A stretch of 64,000 bases of DNA, taken from the IMG/VR virus record IMGVR_UViG_2870609773_000001, positions 1-64,000 of that record, one strand, 5' to 3'. Below are positions 26,462 to 34,916 of this stretch, in pieces; position 1 is the first letter of the stretch; every line of letters starts with the position of its first letter. Position numbers and translations under genes: made by a program. The notes under the pieces are model-generated. The model saw only the letters and a program-made list of their open reading frames with translations. It was not told where the DNA came from and did not search any database. Origin of the DNA: a virus (taxonomy: Duplodnaviria > Caudoviricetes).

Positions 26462-26934
26462 ACGTCAACCCCGGACCGGTTGAGCCCCCACAGCGTCTGG
26501 AACAGGTCGTTCCACTGGCCCGTCGACATGGCGTCCACGAGTTTGCCGGCCTGCTCCTCGCTCATCGCCGGGTCGACCGCGCACGCCGCCAACAGACCCG
26601 GCCCGAACGTCTCGCTGTTGAAGGCGCCGTCGTTGTCGTTCCCCTCACGCGGCGGATACTTGGCCAGCAGGTCCATCCACGTCTTGTGAGTGACCGCACG
26701 AAGCTTGATCGCCACCGTGTGGGCGGCCATCTCCGCTTCCAACTCCTGAACACGGGACGCGAGCTGGCGCACTTCGCTGGAGTTGCCCGCGAGCGAATCC
26801 CGAGCCTGCAGTTCGGCGCGTGCGAGCTTCTGCTCTACCTGCTCCCACTCGCCCTGCAGGTCCGCCCGGGTGCACAGATTGAAGGTCCGCTCGGGCAGAC
26901 GCATCTGCCCGAGCAGGTCGTCGATCGACGTCAT
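26410..26934 (-). CDS. tail assembly chaperone
   Basis: Between tail tube and tape measure; slippery site near the 3' end. Confidence 0.85.
   Translation of the reverse strand: MTSIDDLLGQMRLPERTFNLCTRADLQGEWEQVEQKLARAELQARDSLAGNSSEVRQLASRVQELEAEMAAHTVAIKLRAVTHKTWMDLLAKYPPREGNDNDGAFNSETFGPGLLAACAVDPAMSEEQAGKLVDAMSTGQWNDLFQTLWGLNRSGVDVPKSRRASEALQNSPKK
26455..26461 (-). other. programmed -1 ribosomal frameshift site C-CCA-AAA
   Basis: XXXYYYZ heptamer in the expected position and phase. Confidence 0.75.
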
Positions 26935-27422
26935 CAGGCGGCAACCAGCGCGTCAGCGTCAGCGGTGGTGTGGTTGAACAGCTTCGACACGAACCGCTGA
27001 GCGGCATTCAGCTCAGGCGGCTGCATGTTCGGCCGACCGCACCGGACCGGGTACACCTCGACGTTCTGGCCCGCGGCGTACGCGGTCTCGTGCGCCATAT
27101 TGCGGCGCACCACCAGGTAGCCGAGTTGCCGGTCCACGAGCGTGTCCCAGCCGATGTCCTCGACCGCGACTTCCTTCCGCTTGACCGTCAGCTCGATCGA
27201 GTACTTGACGGTCCCCGCGTCCTCCGTCTCATCCCGGGAGGCCAGTGCGGTGTTGTCCACCGCGGCCTGCTCCGGGCTGATGCCGAGACCGTCCTTGGTG
27301 ATGAACTCCTGCAGGTCCACGCCCGCGTTCAGCTCGGCAGCGGTCGGGGCGGAAATGTTGGCGATGGTGAGGCAGAACGTCACCTTGACGTTGCCATCAC
27401 CGAGAAGGTCAGCGCCAGCCAT
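26934..27422 (-). CDS. major tail (tube) protein
   Basis: APTAAELNAGVDLQEFITKDGL motif typical of actinophage tail tubes; synteny. Confidence 0.85.
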   Translation of the reverse strand: MAGADLLGDGNVKVTFCLTIANISAPTAAELNAGVDLQEFITKDGLGISPEQAAVDNTALASRDETEDAGTVKYSIELTVKRKEVAVEDIGWDTLVDRQLGYLVVRRNMAHETAYAAGQNVEVYPVRCGRPNMQPPELNAAQRFVSKLFNHTTADADALVAA

Positions 27423-27425
27423 GGC

Positions 27426-27635
27426 CTACTCCTCATCCTTCGTGGCCGCGGCGCGGCGCGTAGCAGTGGTGGTCTTGGGGGTGTCCGCCTCGGCAGGCGA
27501 CGCAGGGGCGGGCGATGCCTGCTCAGGGGTGGCGTCGACCGGCTCGTAGTCGGGGAAGTGACGCAGCGCGTCCGGGGAGACCAGCGCGGTGTGGCCGGTC
27601 AGCTTGGAGCGGACGCGGACAGTGGGGCGGGCCAT
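27426..27635 (-). CDS. small virion-region hypothetical protein
   Basis: ATGA coupling; low-complexity C-terminus. Confidence 0.65.
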   Translation of the reverse strand: MARPTVRVRSKLTGHTALVSPDALRHFPDYEPVDATPEQASPAPASPAEADTPKTTTATRRAAATKDEE

Positions 27636-27967
27636 CAGATGCGCACCGCCGCGAACGTCACGCTCGTCACCGACGAGCAGATGAAGGTGACCAGGCGGCC
27701 ATCGCTTGGGTCGCCGAACTCCGGCAGCATTGGGATCCACATCTCGGCGCCGGTGCCGATCGTGTACGCCTTGTCCGGGTTGTCCACCAGGTAGGCGGTC
27801 TGGCCTGCGCCGGAGATGGTGCAGGTGATCGACCCGCCGGAGCCGTTCTTGACGTGGATGAACGTTCGTGAGTCGGCGAGGACCTTGTCCCCGGTGGTGG
27901 CGGTCGCAGCGTGGTAGGTCGGCGTGACGCCGGCCACCGTGACCGCCTGAGCTGTGCGGGTAGCCAC
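27635..27967 (-). CDS. putative structural protein
   Basis: GGAG RBS; beta-rich, FIHVKNGSGGSITCTI. Confidence 0.7.
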   Translation of the reverse strand: MATRTAQAVTVAGVTPTYHAATATTGDKVLADSRTFIHVKNGSGGSITCTISGAGQTAYLVDNPDKAYTIGTGAEMWIPMLPEFGDPSDGRLVTFICSSVTSVTFAAVRI

Positions 27968-28037
27968 TACGGGCTCCTTTCGGGCATGCCAAAGAGCCCG
28001 CACACCTCGGGTGCCGGGCTAAGTCAGGTGAAGTGGG

Positions 28038-28472
28038 TTAGGCGGGCTGCGAGCGGAACGCGATCTCAACAACCGCCATGAAGGTGGGTGGAGTCACGGA
28101 CTCGTCCCGTCTCACAGGTGGCCCGCCAGGGGTGCGGACCGGGTAAGTGGATCGGCTGGGCACAGTGAGGCGGCGGCCGATCAGGGCGGCACGTACGTCG
28201 TCGGCCGCGTCCTCGACCTGGGTGGCGTTCGCGCCGAACAGGTTGATCTGCGCCTGGTAGTCGAGGTACTCGTACGGCTCGGACACGTTGCCGTCCGGGA
28301 TGCCGCCGAACGGGTAGACGACGGCGTACCGGATGAAGGTGGACGTGCCGGGGCTCCCTTGCCAGCCTGCCCCGTCTGGCCGGCGCGCTCGGCCGACCAG
28401 CATGGGGATCGCCTGGATGGCGGCCACTACCGCGTCCGTGTGGGGTGTGGTCGCGGCGATGGGGATGGTCAT
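28038..28472 (-). CDS. tail terminator
   Basis: Synteny after HK97 gp10-like gene; YQAQINLFG...AADDVRAAL. Confidence 0.7.
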   Translation of the reverse strand: MTIPIAATTPHTDAVVAAIQAIPMLVGRARRPDGAGWQGSPGTSTFIRYAVVYPFGGIPDGNVSEPYEYLDYQAQINLFGANATQVEDAADDVRAALIGRRLTVPSRSTYPVRTPGGPPVRRDESVTPPTFMAVVEIAFRSQPA

Positions 28473-28903
28473 GTGATCGCCTTCTTCGCGATCTGCGCCA
28501 TCACCTTGTCCAGAGGCTCGGTGGCCTGGTCGAACGCGGGCCGCATGTACGGCTGCGGGTCTGTGCCTGGGTGCTGGATGCTCTTGACCGGGTGTTCTGC
28601 GCCTTCCCAGAAGAGGGCGCCAGCGTTGCGGGCTTTGATCTCGTGCGGCTCGGTGCCGTACTCGACGTCAGCTCCATACGCTGCCGTTGGGCCGGCTTCG
28701 AAGCCCATCCAGTCGTCGATCGGATCCACGCCGATCGAGTTCTTCAGGTTCCCGGTGTCGACTGGGGCCTTGTTCTGGCCGAGCGTGACCGTGTCGTGTC
28801 CGATCTTCTTCACGACTGTCCTGGTCAGCGCCTCGGTTCTCGGCGCCACTTCATCAAGGTCCTTGATTAGGCCGTCGAGTTCGGAGGTATCCCAGCCGTT
28901 CAT
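28469..28903 (-). CDS. HK97 gp10-like tail completion protein
   Basis: APVDTGNLKNSI...YGADVEYGT...PQPYMRPAF. Confidence 0.85.
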   Translation of the reverse strand: MNGWDTSELDGLIKDLDEVAPRTEALTRTVVKKIGHDTVTLGQNKAPVDTGNLKNSIGVDPIDDWMGFEAGPTAAYGADVEYGTEPHEIKARNAGALFWEGAEHPVKSIQHPGTDPQPYMRPAFDQATEPLDKVMAQIAKKAIT

Positions 28904-29334
28904 GACGCCTCCAGGTCGGTTAGATCCTGTTCGGCGATGAGGACGCGTTCCCACTGCTCGGACGCCATCCGGACATCGGTCACGCGTAGATCCACGCCAG
29001 CCAGGCGCGGATCGTGAGCGGTGTCGATGTGGATGTTGTCGTGCTCGCGGACCTCGGCTGCGTCCCATTCGATGGCGACCTCGTAGCCGCGGGTGGTGAC
29101 CCGCTGGTCGCCGGAGACGACGTACCTGGAGTCCGCAGGCTGCGGGGTGACCCGGCATGGGCCCTGGTAGACGACGGCCGCTTCTGGCGGATGCCAGACA
29201 TCGTCATCGTCCGTCGTCCCGTCTCCGCTGCCCGGCCGACTGATTGTGCACCTGCCGGTCTGGGTTCCTGTCGCTGTCGGCCGGTGGTGCTGCGACCATC
29301 TGCCGTGGATGGGGGTGTGTCCCGCGAGCGGCAT
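28900..29334 (-). CDS. head-tail stopper (DUF6093-like)
   Basis: VVYQGPCRV...; synteny. Confidence 0.7.
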   Translation of the reverse strand: MPLAGHTPIHGRWSQHHRPTATGTQTGRCTISRPGSGDGTTDDDDVWHPPEAAVVYQGPCRVTPQPADSRYVVSGDQRVTTRGYEVAIEWDAAEVREHDNIHIDTAHDPRLAGVDLRVTDVRMASEQWERVLIAEQDLTDLEAS

Positions 29335-29342
29335 CACACCCC

Positions 29343-29696
29343 CTACGGCTCGTATCTGGCGTAGCCAGCCCACCGGTCGAAGTCGACGACGTCGAACCCC
29401 ACAGTGTCGTCACCGACCCCGTCGTCCACCTGCTGGCGTAGTCCTGCCGCTCGGGCCCGGAGTTCAGCGGCGACCTTGGCGCCGTCCGTCTGCAGGTCCT
29501 GCGTCCGGATGACCTTGGACACCAGCACCTCGGAGGAGGCGATGACGTCCAAGGCTGCAGCAGCGGCGAGTTTGACCGAGCCCTCCATCGACAGAAACGC
29601 GTCGATCTGTGGGTCGATCAGCAGCAGGTTGTCCTCGTCCGTGTCCGGGATGAGAAGCCGGATCCGACCTCGGTCGGTGGAGTAGTCGATGGCCAT
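29343..29696 (-). CDS. head-tail adaptor
   Basis: RIRLLIPDTD...AAAAALDVIA...ELRARA; synteny. Confidence 0.75.
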   Translation of the reverse strand: MAIDYSTDRGRIRLLIPDTDEDNLLLIDPQIDAFLSMEGSVKLAAAAALDVIASSEVLVSKVIRTQDLQTDGAKVAAELRARAAGLRQQVDDGVGDDTVGFDVVDFDRWAGYARYEP

Positions 29697-29706
29697 CGCG
29701 CGTCTC

Positions 29707-30000
29707 CTAGGCGGGGATGACCGCGACACCCCACGTGGCCGAGCCCGGATCGATCGCGCCGGCGGTGCCGTTGATGATGCGGATCGTGACCGTGTTCGCT
29801 GCGGAGACGAACGCGCACACGACCAGGCCGGCGTTCAGATTGCCGGGCGGTGCCGCGATGGCGAAGTCGCCGGTGGCGGCGCCCGTCACGGTGGCGGTCA
29901 GCGTGCCGACTGCGCCTGCGGCGATGGACGCGAAGTCCAAGGTCGCGGTTGCCTTCAGGATCGTGTCCGGCTTGGTGCCGTAGTAGGCGGCGTTGGCCAT
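29707..30000 (-). CDS. small beta-rich virion protein (decoration or fibre-like)
   Basis: Ala/Gly/Thr-rich; follows the capsid genes. Confidence 0.6.
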   Translation of the reverse strand: MANAAYYGTKPDTILKATATLDFASIAAGAVGTLTATVTGAATGDFAIAAPPGNLNAGLVVCAFVSAANTVTIRIINGTAGAIDPGSATWGVAVIPA

Positions 30001-30287
30001 CAGGATGTCTCCTTGCTGGGCGACGCGCCCTTCGGAGTGGTCTTGCGAGTGCGGCGGGACGCCCCAGCCTTGCTCGGCGGCGCCGGCTTCGCTTCGATGT
30101 CCCGCTCTGGCGGTGCTACGGCGGGTTCGCGCAGTTCGACCGTGCCGTCATCCGCCTTCTCGGGCCGCTCGGGGAGACGGTCAAGAATGCGCGCCAGCAA
30201 GTCGTTCTGCGCGTCCAGCCGCCCGGCCAGCGCCACGAGAAGCTTGTGGTCTGTGGTGAGCGGCCGGGGAAGGTCGGGCGAGGTCAC
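30000..30287 (-). CDS. hypothetical protein downstream of the major capsid gene
   Basis: GTGA overlap with the capsid stop. Confidence 0.65.
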   Translation of the reverse strand: MTSPDLPRPLTTDHKLLVALAGRLDAQNDLLARILDRLPERPEKADDGTVELREPAVAPPERDIEAKPAPPSKAGASRRTRKTTPKGASPSKETS

Positions 30288-31423
30288 GCGCCCGCGCCGG
30301 TCGAGGCGATGCTCATCCGGCTGTCGACGAACGCGCCACCGTACACGTGCTTGATCTTCTTCTCGGCGCCTTCGGTGTCGAACGACACGGGCTCCTCGCC
30401 GCCGCCGATCCGGCGCATGTCCGGGATCTTCTCGTACAGGGCAGGCGCCTCGAAGCCGCGCAGCCGGCCGAACTCCATCGCGGGGCGAGGGCCGTTCGGG
30501 TTGGCGAACAGCCACCAGGAGGTGTCCGCGTTCGAGGAGGAGGCGACGGACGGGATCCAGTAGTTGACGCTGATGCGCAGGTTCGCGGCGACGCCGTTGC
30601 CGGAGATGATGCGGACGTTGCCGTTGGGGTCCACCGTCCGGTACTCGGTCGTGTCGATGATCTCCTGAGCCTGCAGGGCCAGGCCAGGGCCGACGACGAG
30701 CTCGACGGCCTTGACGACGATCGGGTTGCCGTTGTCGTCGGTTCGCTTCATCAGCGTGGTGATCGCCGACTGCAGGGAGTCGCGGTCCAGGGCGGCAGTG
30801 AGCAGGTTGCCGCCCGTGTAGACGCTGGTCAGGGGGCCGTTCGCGCCGCAGAACAGGCGGGTGACGAACTCCTCCTCCGAGTCGCGGGCGGAGTCGGCCA
30901 GGTCCTGCGGGAGCCGCATGAACGCGTTGAGGTCATCGTTGATCATGTTCTCCCAGGAGAGGGCGAACCCGGCCTCGTACTTGGCGACCGCGTAGCTGTA
31001 CTCGGTCTCGTCCATGCCGCGGCGCTCGTGCTCGGCGAGTTCGCCGACCTTGGACAGCAGGCCGCGCACGCCGGACGTGGCGAACCGCTTGACCTCGCGG
31101 AAGTCGTTGACGGTGGCGGCGCGGGCGTAGTTCTGCCAGGTGGGCACGGTCGCCTCGTAGGCGCCGTACAGCTGCCGGTCCAGCGAGTCCGCGAACAGCA
31201 GCGGGAAGTCGCTGGTGGACATGGCCTCGCGGAAGTGGTCGATCGGTCGGCGGCCGTACCGGATGTCCTGCACGAACGCTTCAGCTTCGAGCAGGGCCCG
31301 CTCCCACTGCGGGTCGCGGCGCGGCCGGGCGGAAGACACCTTGCGCTGGCCGCCGAACGACTCGCGGAGGCTGGCGGCGTTGGAGTCGATGCGCTCCACG
31401 GCCGCAGAGAACAGAGTGGTCAT
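30284..31423 (-). CDS. major capsid protein (Mu gpT-like, HK97 fold)
   Basis: 379 aa; STSDFPLLF, SWENMINDDL, ELVVGPGL motifs; synteny. Confidence 0.88.
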   Translation of the reverse strand: MTTLFSAAVERIDSNAASLRESFGGQRKVSSARPRRDPQWERALLEAEAFVQDIRYGRRPIDHFREAMSTSDFPLLFADSLDRQLYGAYEATVPTWQNYARAATVNDFREVKRFATSGVRGLLSKVGELAEHERRGMDETEYSYAVAKYEAGFALSWENMINDDLNAFMRLPQDLADSARDSEEEFVTRLFCGANGPLTSVYTGGNLLTAALDRDSLQSAITTLMKRTDDNGNPIVVKAVELVVGPGLALQAQEIIDTTEYRTVDPNGNVRIISGNGVAANLRISVNYWIPSVASSSNADTSWWLFANPNGPRPAMEFGRLRGFEAPALYEKIPDMRRIGGGEEPVSFDTEGAEKKIKHVYGGAFVDSRMSIASTGAGA

Positions 31424-31433
31424 GGAGAGGCTC

Positions 31434-31796
31434 CTAATAGCCGATCTTCACGGGGATGGTGCCGGTGGCGCCGTTGCCGACGCTGCCGAGCGCGTAGCCG
31501 AAGCGGACGTTGCCCGACGACGCGTTGTTGATCTTGTTGGCGTCGGCGGCGTCGAAATACAGCAGATCGCCCGGGTTCACCGCGGCGGACTCCGCGTCCA
31601 CCAGCAGATCCGCCACGCCGTTGCACTTCACGGTCGCGAAACCGTCCGAACCCTCGTCGGTCAGCGCCACGAACGGAAGCTGGCCCAGAACGCCCGGGTC
31701 GCCGGACACGATCACACCGGAGGCGCCAGAGCCGGTCACCCCAGACACGTTGACGCGAAGCTGGTCGCCGTCCTCGAACACGATGTTGGTAGCCAT
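31434..31796 (-). CDS. capsid cement/decoration protein (DUF2190-like)
   Basis: MATNIVFEDGDQL...GDLLYFD...RFGYAL...VKIG pattern. Confidence 0.8.
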   Translation of the reverse strand: MATNIVFEDGDQLRVNVSGVTGSGASGVIVSGDPGVLGQLPFVALTDEGSDGFATVKCNGVADLLVDAESAAVNPGDLLYFDAADANKINNASSGNVRFGYALGSVGNGATGTIPVKIGY

Positions 31797-31811
31797 GGGT
31801 CAGGTCCTCTC

Positions 31812-33338
31812 TTACGGCCGGCCTGCAGCGGCGAGCTTGGCGGCCTCGGGCGAAAGCCCGCGGGATCGGTACGTCTCCTCCAGCGCCGTCGAGGTCGCCG
31901 GGTCGGGCACGGACGGGGTGGTGGCGGACTCGCCCAGGCCGCGCACCTGGCCGGCGCCGTCGCCCTCGGCCAGGGATGCCAGGTAGGTGGCCTCAGTTTT
32001 CGCGGCCTCCTCGACGCTGGTCTTCAGTGCGGACTCGTCCAGCGTGTTCTCGGCGGTGAGCGGCACGGTCTCGGAGGTGAGCGTGGCCAGCAGCTTGGAC
32101 TGGGCGGCCGGCGGGAGGCTGGACTCGGCCAGCACCTGCGTGGCGATCGGCCGGGCAGCCTCCAGGGCGGTGAACCGGGCCAGCTTCAGCGCGGCCTCGG
32201 CCGCCTCCTGCCGCGCGGCCTCAGCCTCGGCAAGAGCTGCGGCCTTCTCGTTCTCGGCGACGGTGCGAGCCTCTTCGAGCTCGCGCGCCTGCGCCTCGGT
32301 CAGTTCGGGCATCTCGCCCTCCTTGTCGGTGTTGTCGGCGGGCGAGCTGCCCGGCTCGTTCTTGGGTGCCGCGGCCTCAGCGGGTGCGGCAGTCTCGGTG
32401 TCCGGCTCGTCGTCTGGGGCAACGGTCTCCACGACCTCAGCAGGCCGCTCGGGGGCGGGAGGCTCATCCCAGAGATCGCGCTCGTACAGGCCAGGGACCT
32501 TCTCGGCGACGACCTTGTTGAAGGCGTCCAGCCCTTCGCCGATCGCGCTGGAAAGGCTGATGCGTTCCTCGCGCGTCAGGCGCCCGTCGCCGAACATGTC
32601 GTCGCACATCTCGCTGAATGCGCGGTGGACGCGGCTTTCGAGCCAGTGGCCGACGTTGCGGGCCTCGGCCACCTTCTTCAGGAAGGGCGGCTTGTCGTCC
32701 TCGTCGTCCTGGTCTTCGGCGTCGCCCGGCTTGTCGCCGGCCTTGCTGGTGGCGTTCTCGTCGTCGTCCTTCTTCGTGAACGGCGGAGCCTTCGCCTCAG
32801 TCGCCTTGCGCAGCAGGTCGCCCTGCTCGCGGGCGGATTCCAGCAGGGCCACGATCTTTCCTCCAGCTCCGGCAGCGGTCACGAAATCGACGCTCGCGGC
32901 CTCGGTTAGCGCTGTGACGATGGGCCCGCGGATGTTCTCCTGCTGGGATGGCTCGACGGTCCCTGACGCGCGGATGCTCATGCCGATGTCGCCGGACATG
33001 GCCTCGATGACGGGCGCCCAGTGCTCGTACACCTCGACGTCGGCATACAGGCCGTCGCCTTCGTAGACCGCGGTGCTGGCCAGCTTTCCGGCCAGGTCCC
33101 TCACCGACCGCTCGGGGCGGTCGTAGGACTCGTTCACGCCGGGGTGATCCAAGAAGACGGGCAGGCCCTCCCTGAACACGCCGGCGTCTCGCTTCAGCAT
33201 CGTCGCCGGATAGAACCCGGAACTGCCTTGAACGTCTCCGGCGATGATGCGGGCTCGGAAGCGGCGGCCCTTCGGTGTCTGCCCGCCGGCTGCCTCAGCG
33301 AGCGGCACGCGCTCGGTGAGCGCCTGTGGTTCGGGCAT
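31812..33338 (-). CDS. capsid maturation protease/scaffold
   Basis: VFLDHP, IGMSIRASG, SVDFVTAAGAGG protease-like motifs; C-terminal coiled coil; probable nested start at 32312. Confidence 0.8.
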   Translation of the reverse strand: MPEPQALTERVPLAEAAGGQTPKGRRFRARIIAGDVQGSSGFYPATMLKRDAGVFREGLPVFLDHPGVNESYDRPERSVRDLAGKLASTAVYEGDGLYADVEVYEHWAPVIEAMSGDIGMSIRASGTVEPSQQENIRGPIVTALTEAASVDFVTAAGAGGKIVALLESAREQGDLLRKATEAKAPPFTKKDDDENATSKAGDKPGDAEDQDDEDDKPPFLKKVAEARNVGHWLESRVHRAFSEMCDDMFGDGRLTREERISLSSAIGEGLDAFNKVVAEKVPGLYERDLWDEPPAPERPAEVVETVAPDDEPDTETAAPAEAAAPKNEPGSSPADNTDKEGEMPELTEAQARELEEARTVAENEKAAALAEAEAARQEAAEAALKLARFTALEAARPIATQVLAESSLPPAAQSKLLATLTSETVPLTAENTLDESALKTSVEEAAKTEATYLASLAEGDGAGQVRGLGESATTPSVPDPATSTALEETYRSRGLSPEAAKLAAAGRP

Positions 33339-33350
33339 GGTTCCTCCAGG

Positions 33351-33503
33351 TCAGGTGATGTCAGGCAGGAAGCCGGCGAACAGGACGAGCGCGCCGGCCG
33401 TGCACACGAGGGTGGCGATCCACGCCTTGTGGACGGCGGCGTAGATGGCGGCACCGACCAGGCAGAGGGCGGCGATGACGATCAGCAGTTCAGGGACGGA
33501 CAT
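33351..33503 (-). CDS. small two-TM protein
   Basis: GGGAGA RBS; hydrophobic 50 aa. Confidence 0.6.
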   Translation of the reverse strand: MSVPELLIVIAALCLVGAAIYAAVHKAWIATLVCTAGALVLFAGFLPDIT

Positions 33504-33539
33504 TGAGGTCTCCCAGCGGTTGGGTGAGAGAATGGGCGG

Positions 33540-33824
33540 ATGAACGAGGCGCAGATGATCGACCGCCGCGTGTCTGACGAGGTCCACGACTGCATCCGCC
33601 CCGGCTGTGGCAAGCGGGCCCAGACGGCGTTCATTGCCCGCGAGTGCGGACGCTTCGCAGGGCGAGAGATGCAGCCGGGCGACTGGATCGATCTGTGTGC
33701 CGACGACGCCTCGGACGTCTACAAGGCGCAGCACCAGACGCGCGCCCAACTCCCCGAGTGGCTTCGGGTAGACGCCAAGCCGGACCCGTTTGACGAGCTG
33801 CTGGGCATCTCCGAAGGGTTCTGA
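33540..33824 (+). CDS. Cys-containing moron, opposite strand
   Basis: Fills the gap exactly; GAGAAT -10-like sequence just upstream. Confidence 0.55.
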   Translation: MNEAQMIDRRVSDEVHDCIRPGCGKRAQTAFIARECGRFAGREMQPGDWIDLCADDASDVYKAQHQTRAQLPEWLRVDAKPDPFDELLGISEGF

Positions 33825-33828
33825 GCGG

Positions 33829-34914
33829 TCAGGCAGCGCGGTGCGCCCGCTCTGCAGCGATGCGCTCCAGGTCCTTGACCGGCCTCACCCCGTAGCTGTC
33901 TCTCCAGTCAGGTGTGGTCCGGAGCTGCGGCAGGTCCTCCCACTCGATCTCTCCCGAGCGGAGCAGGTCGAGGCGGCGGCGGCCCATGATGGCGACCTGC
34001 TCGTCCTCGGGCAGCAAGTCGAACACCTCGCGGGCGTTCGGGATCAGGTCGGGAGGCTCGGGGACGTCGAATCCGAGATCCGCCCAGGACTTCGTCTTGG
34101 GTGTCCGTGAGCACCGGCCCTGCTGGTGGTCGATCGGGCCCGGCTCGGACAGCGGGTGCACCGTCCCGTGGAGAGCCCAGCACGCTGGACAGGTCCTGCC
34201 GCGGCTGGAGTTGAGCTCGCAGTGCCACACCCAGCCGGCAAGGACGTCCCCGTGCGCTTCCTGACCGGCCTCGGCGGCTGCGCGGTGGGAATCCAAGATC
34301 TCAGTCCGTGCCAGGTTGAGCGCCCGGCCGAGACCACCGTTGAACTCGCCTTCCAGGTTGCGGACCATCCTCGCAGCGGCCTCGCGCGGGTTGTCGCCCA
34401 CGACGACGCCGCGCACCAGCTCGTTCTTCATGCGGCGGGTCGCCTCGTCGGAGAGCGGCCAGTGCTTGGCGTTGATCCGCTCCGCCGTTCGGCGGGCGAT
34501 CGCGTCGATGGTGTCGGCCTGCTGCACGCCGTACTTGGCTGCGAGGGCGCGTGTGGAGCCGTACGGGAGCTGGGAGGCGACCAGGTCTCCCTGAGCTTCG
34601 ATCCCCAGGCGTGCCGCCTGTGCTGCGGCCACGGCAGTCTGGGCGAGCGTCGCCGTTGCGAGACGGTCCAGCGTCTGGCCGATCAGGTCCAGCGCGGAGA
34701 TGGTGCGCGCCGACCGGAAGATCTGCCGCCGAGTAGGCCACTTGCCGTCTCCGAGTTGGAGCAACTCGCCGATCGCGGCGATCACCTCGACAACAACCTG
34801 ATCCCACGCCCCCACCCAAGCCGCAGTGAGGCTCCTGGTGACGTCGTCCACGATGGAGCCGACCTGCCGGCGGAGACGCTCGGCGATGGCGAGGGTCTCT
34901 GCCGTGATGGCCAT
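33829..34914 (-). CDS. MuF-like minor capsid/head morphogenesis protein
   Basis: LARTEILDSH...TCPACWALHG...HQQGRCSRTP. Confidence 0.85.
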   Translation of the reverse strand: MAITAETLAIAERLRRQVGSIVDDVTRSLTAAWVGAWDQVVVEVIAAIGELLQLGDGKWPTRRQIFRSARTISALDLIGQTLDRLATATLAQTAVAAAQAARLGIEAQGDLVASQLPYGSTRALAAKYGVQQADTIDAIARRTAERINAKHWPLSDEATRRMKNELVRGVVVGDNPREAAARMVRNLEGEFNGGLGRALNLARTEILDSHRAAAEAGQEAHGDVLAGWVWHCELNSSRGRTCPACWALHGTVHPLSEPGPIDHQQGRCSRTPKTKSWADLGFDVPEPPDLIPNAREVFDLLPEDEQVAIMGRRRLDLLRSGEIEWEDLPQLRTTPDWRDSYGVRPVKDLERIAAERAHRAA

Positions 34915-34916
34915 GC

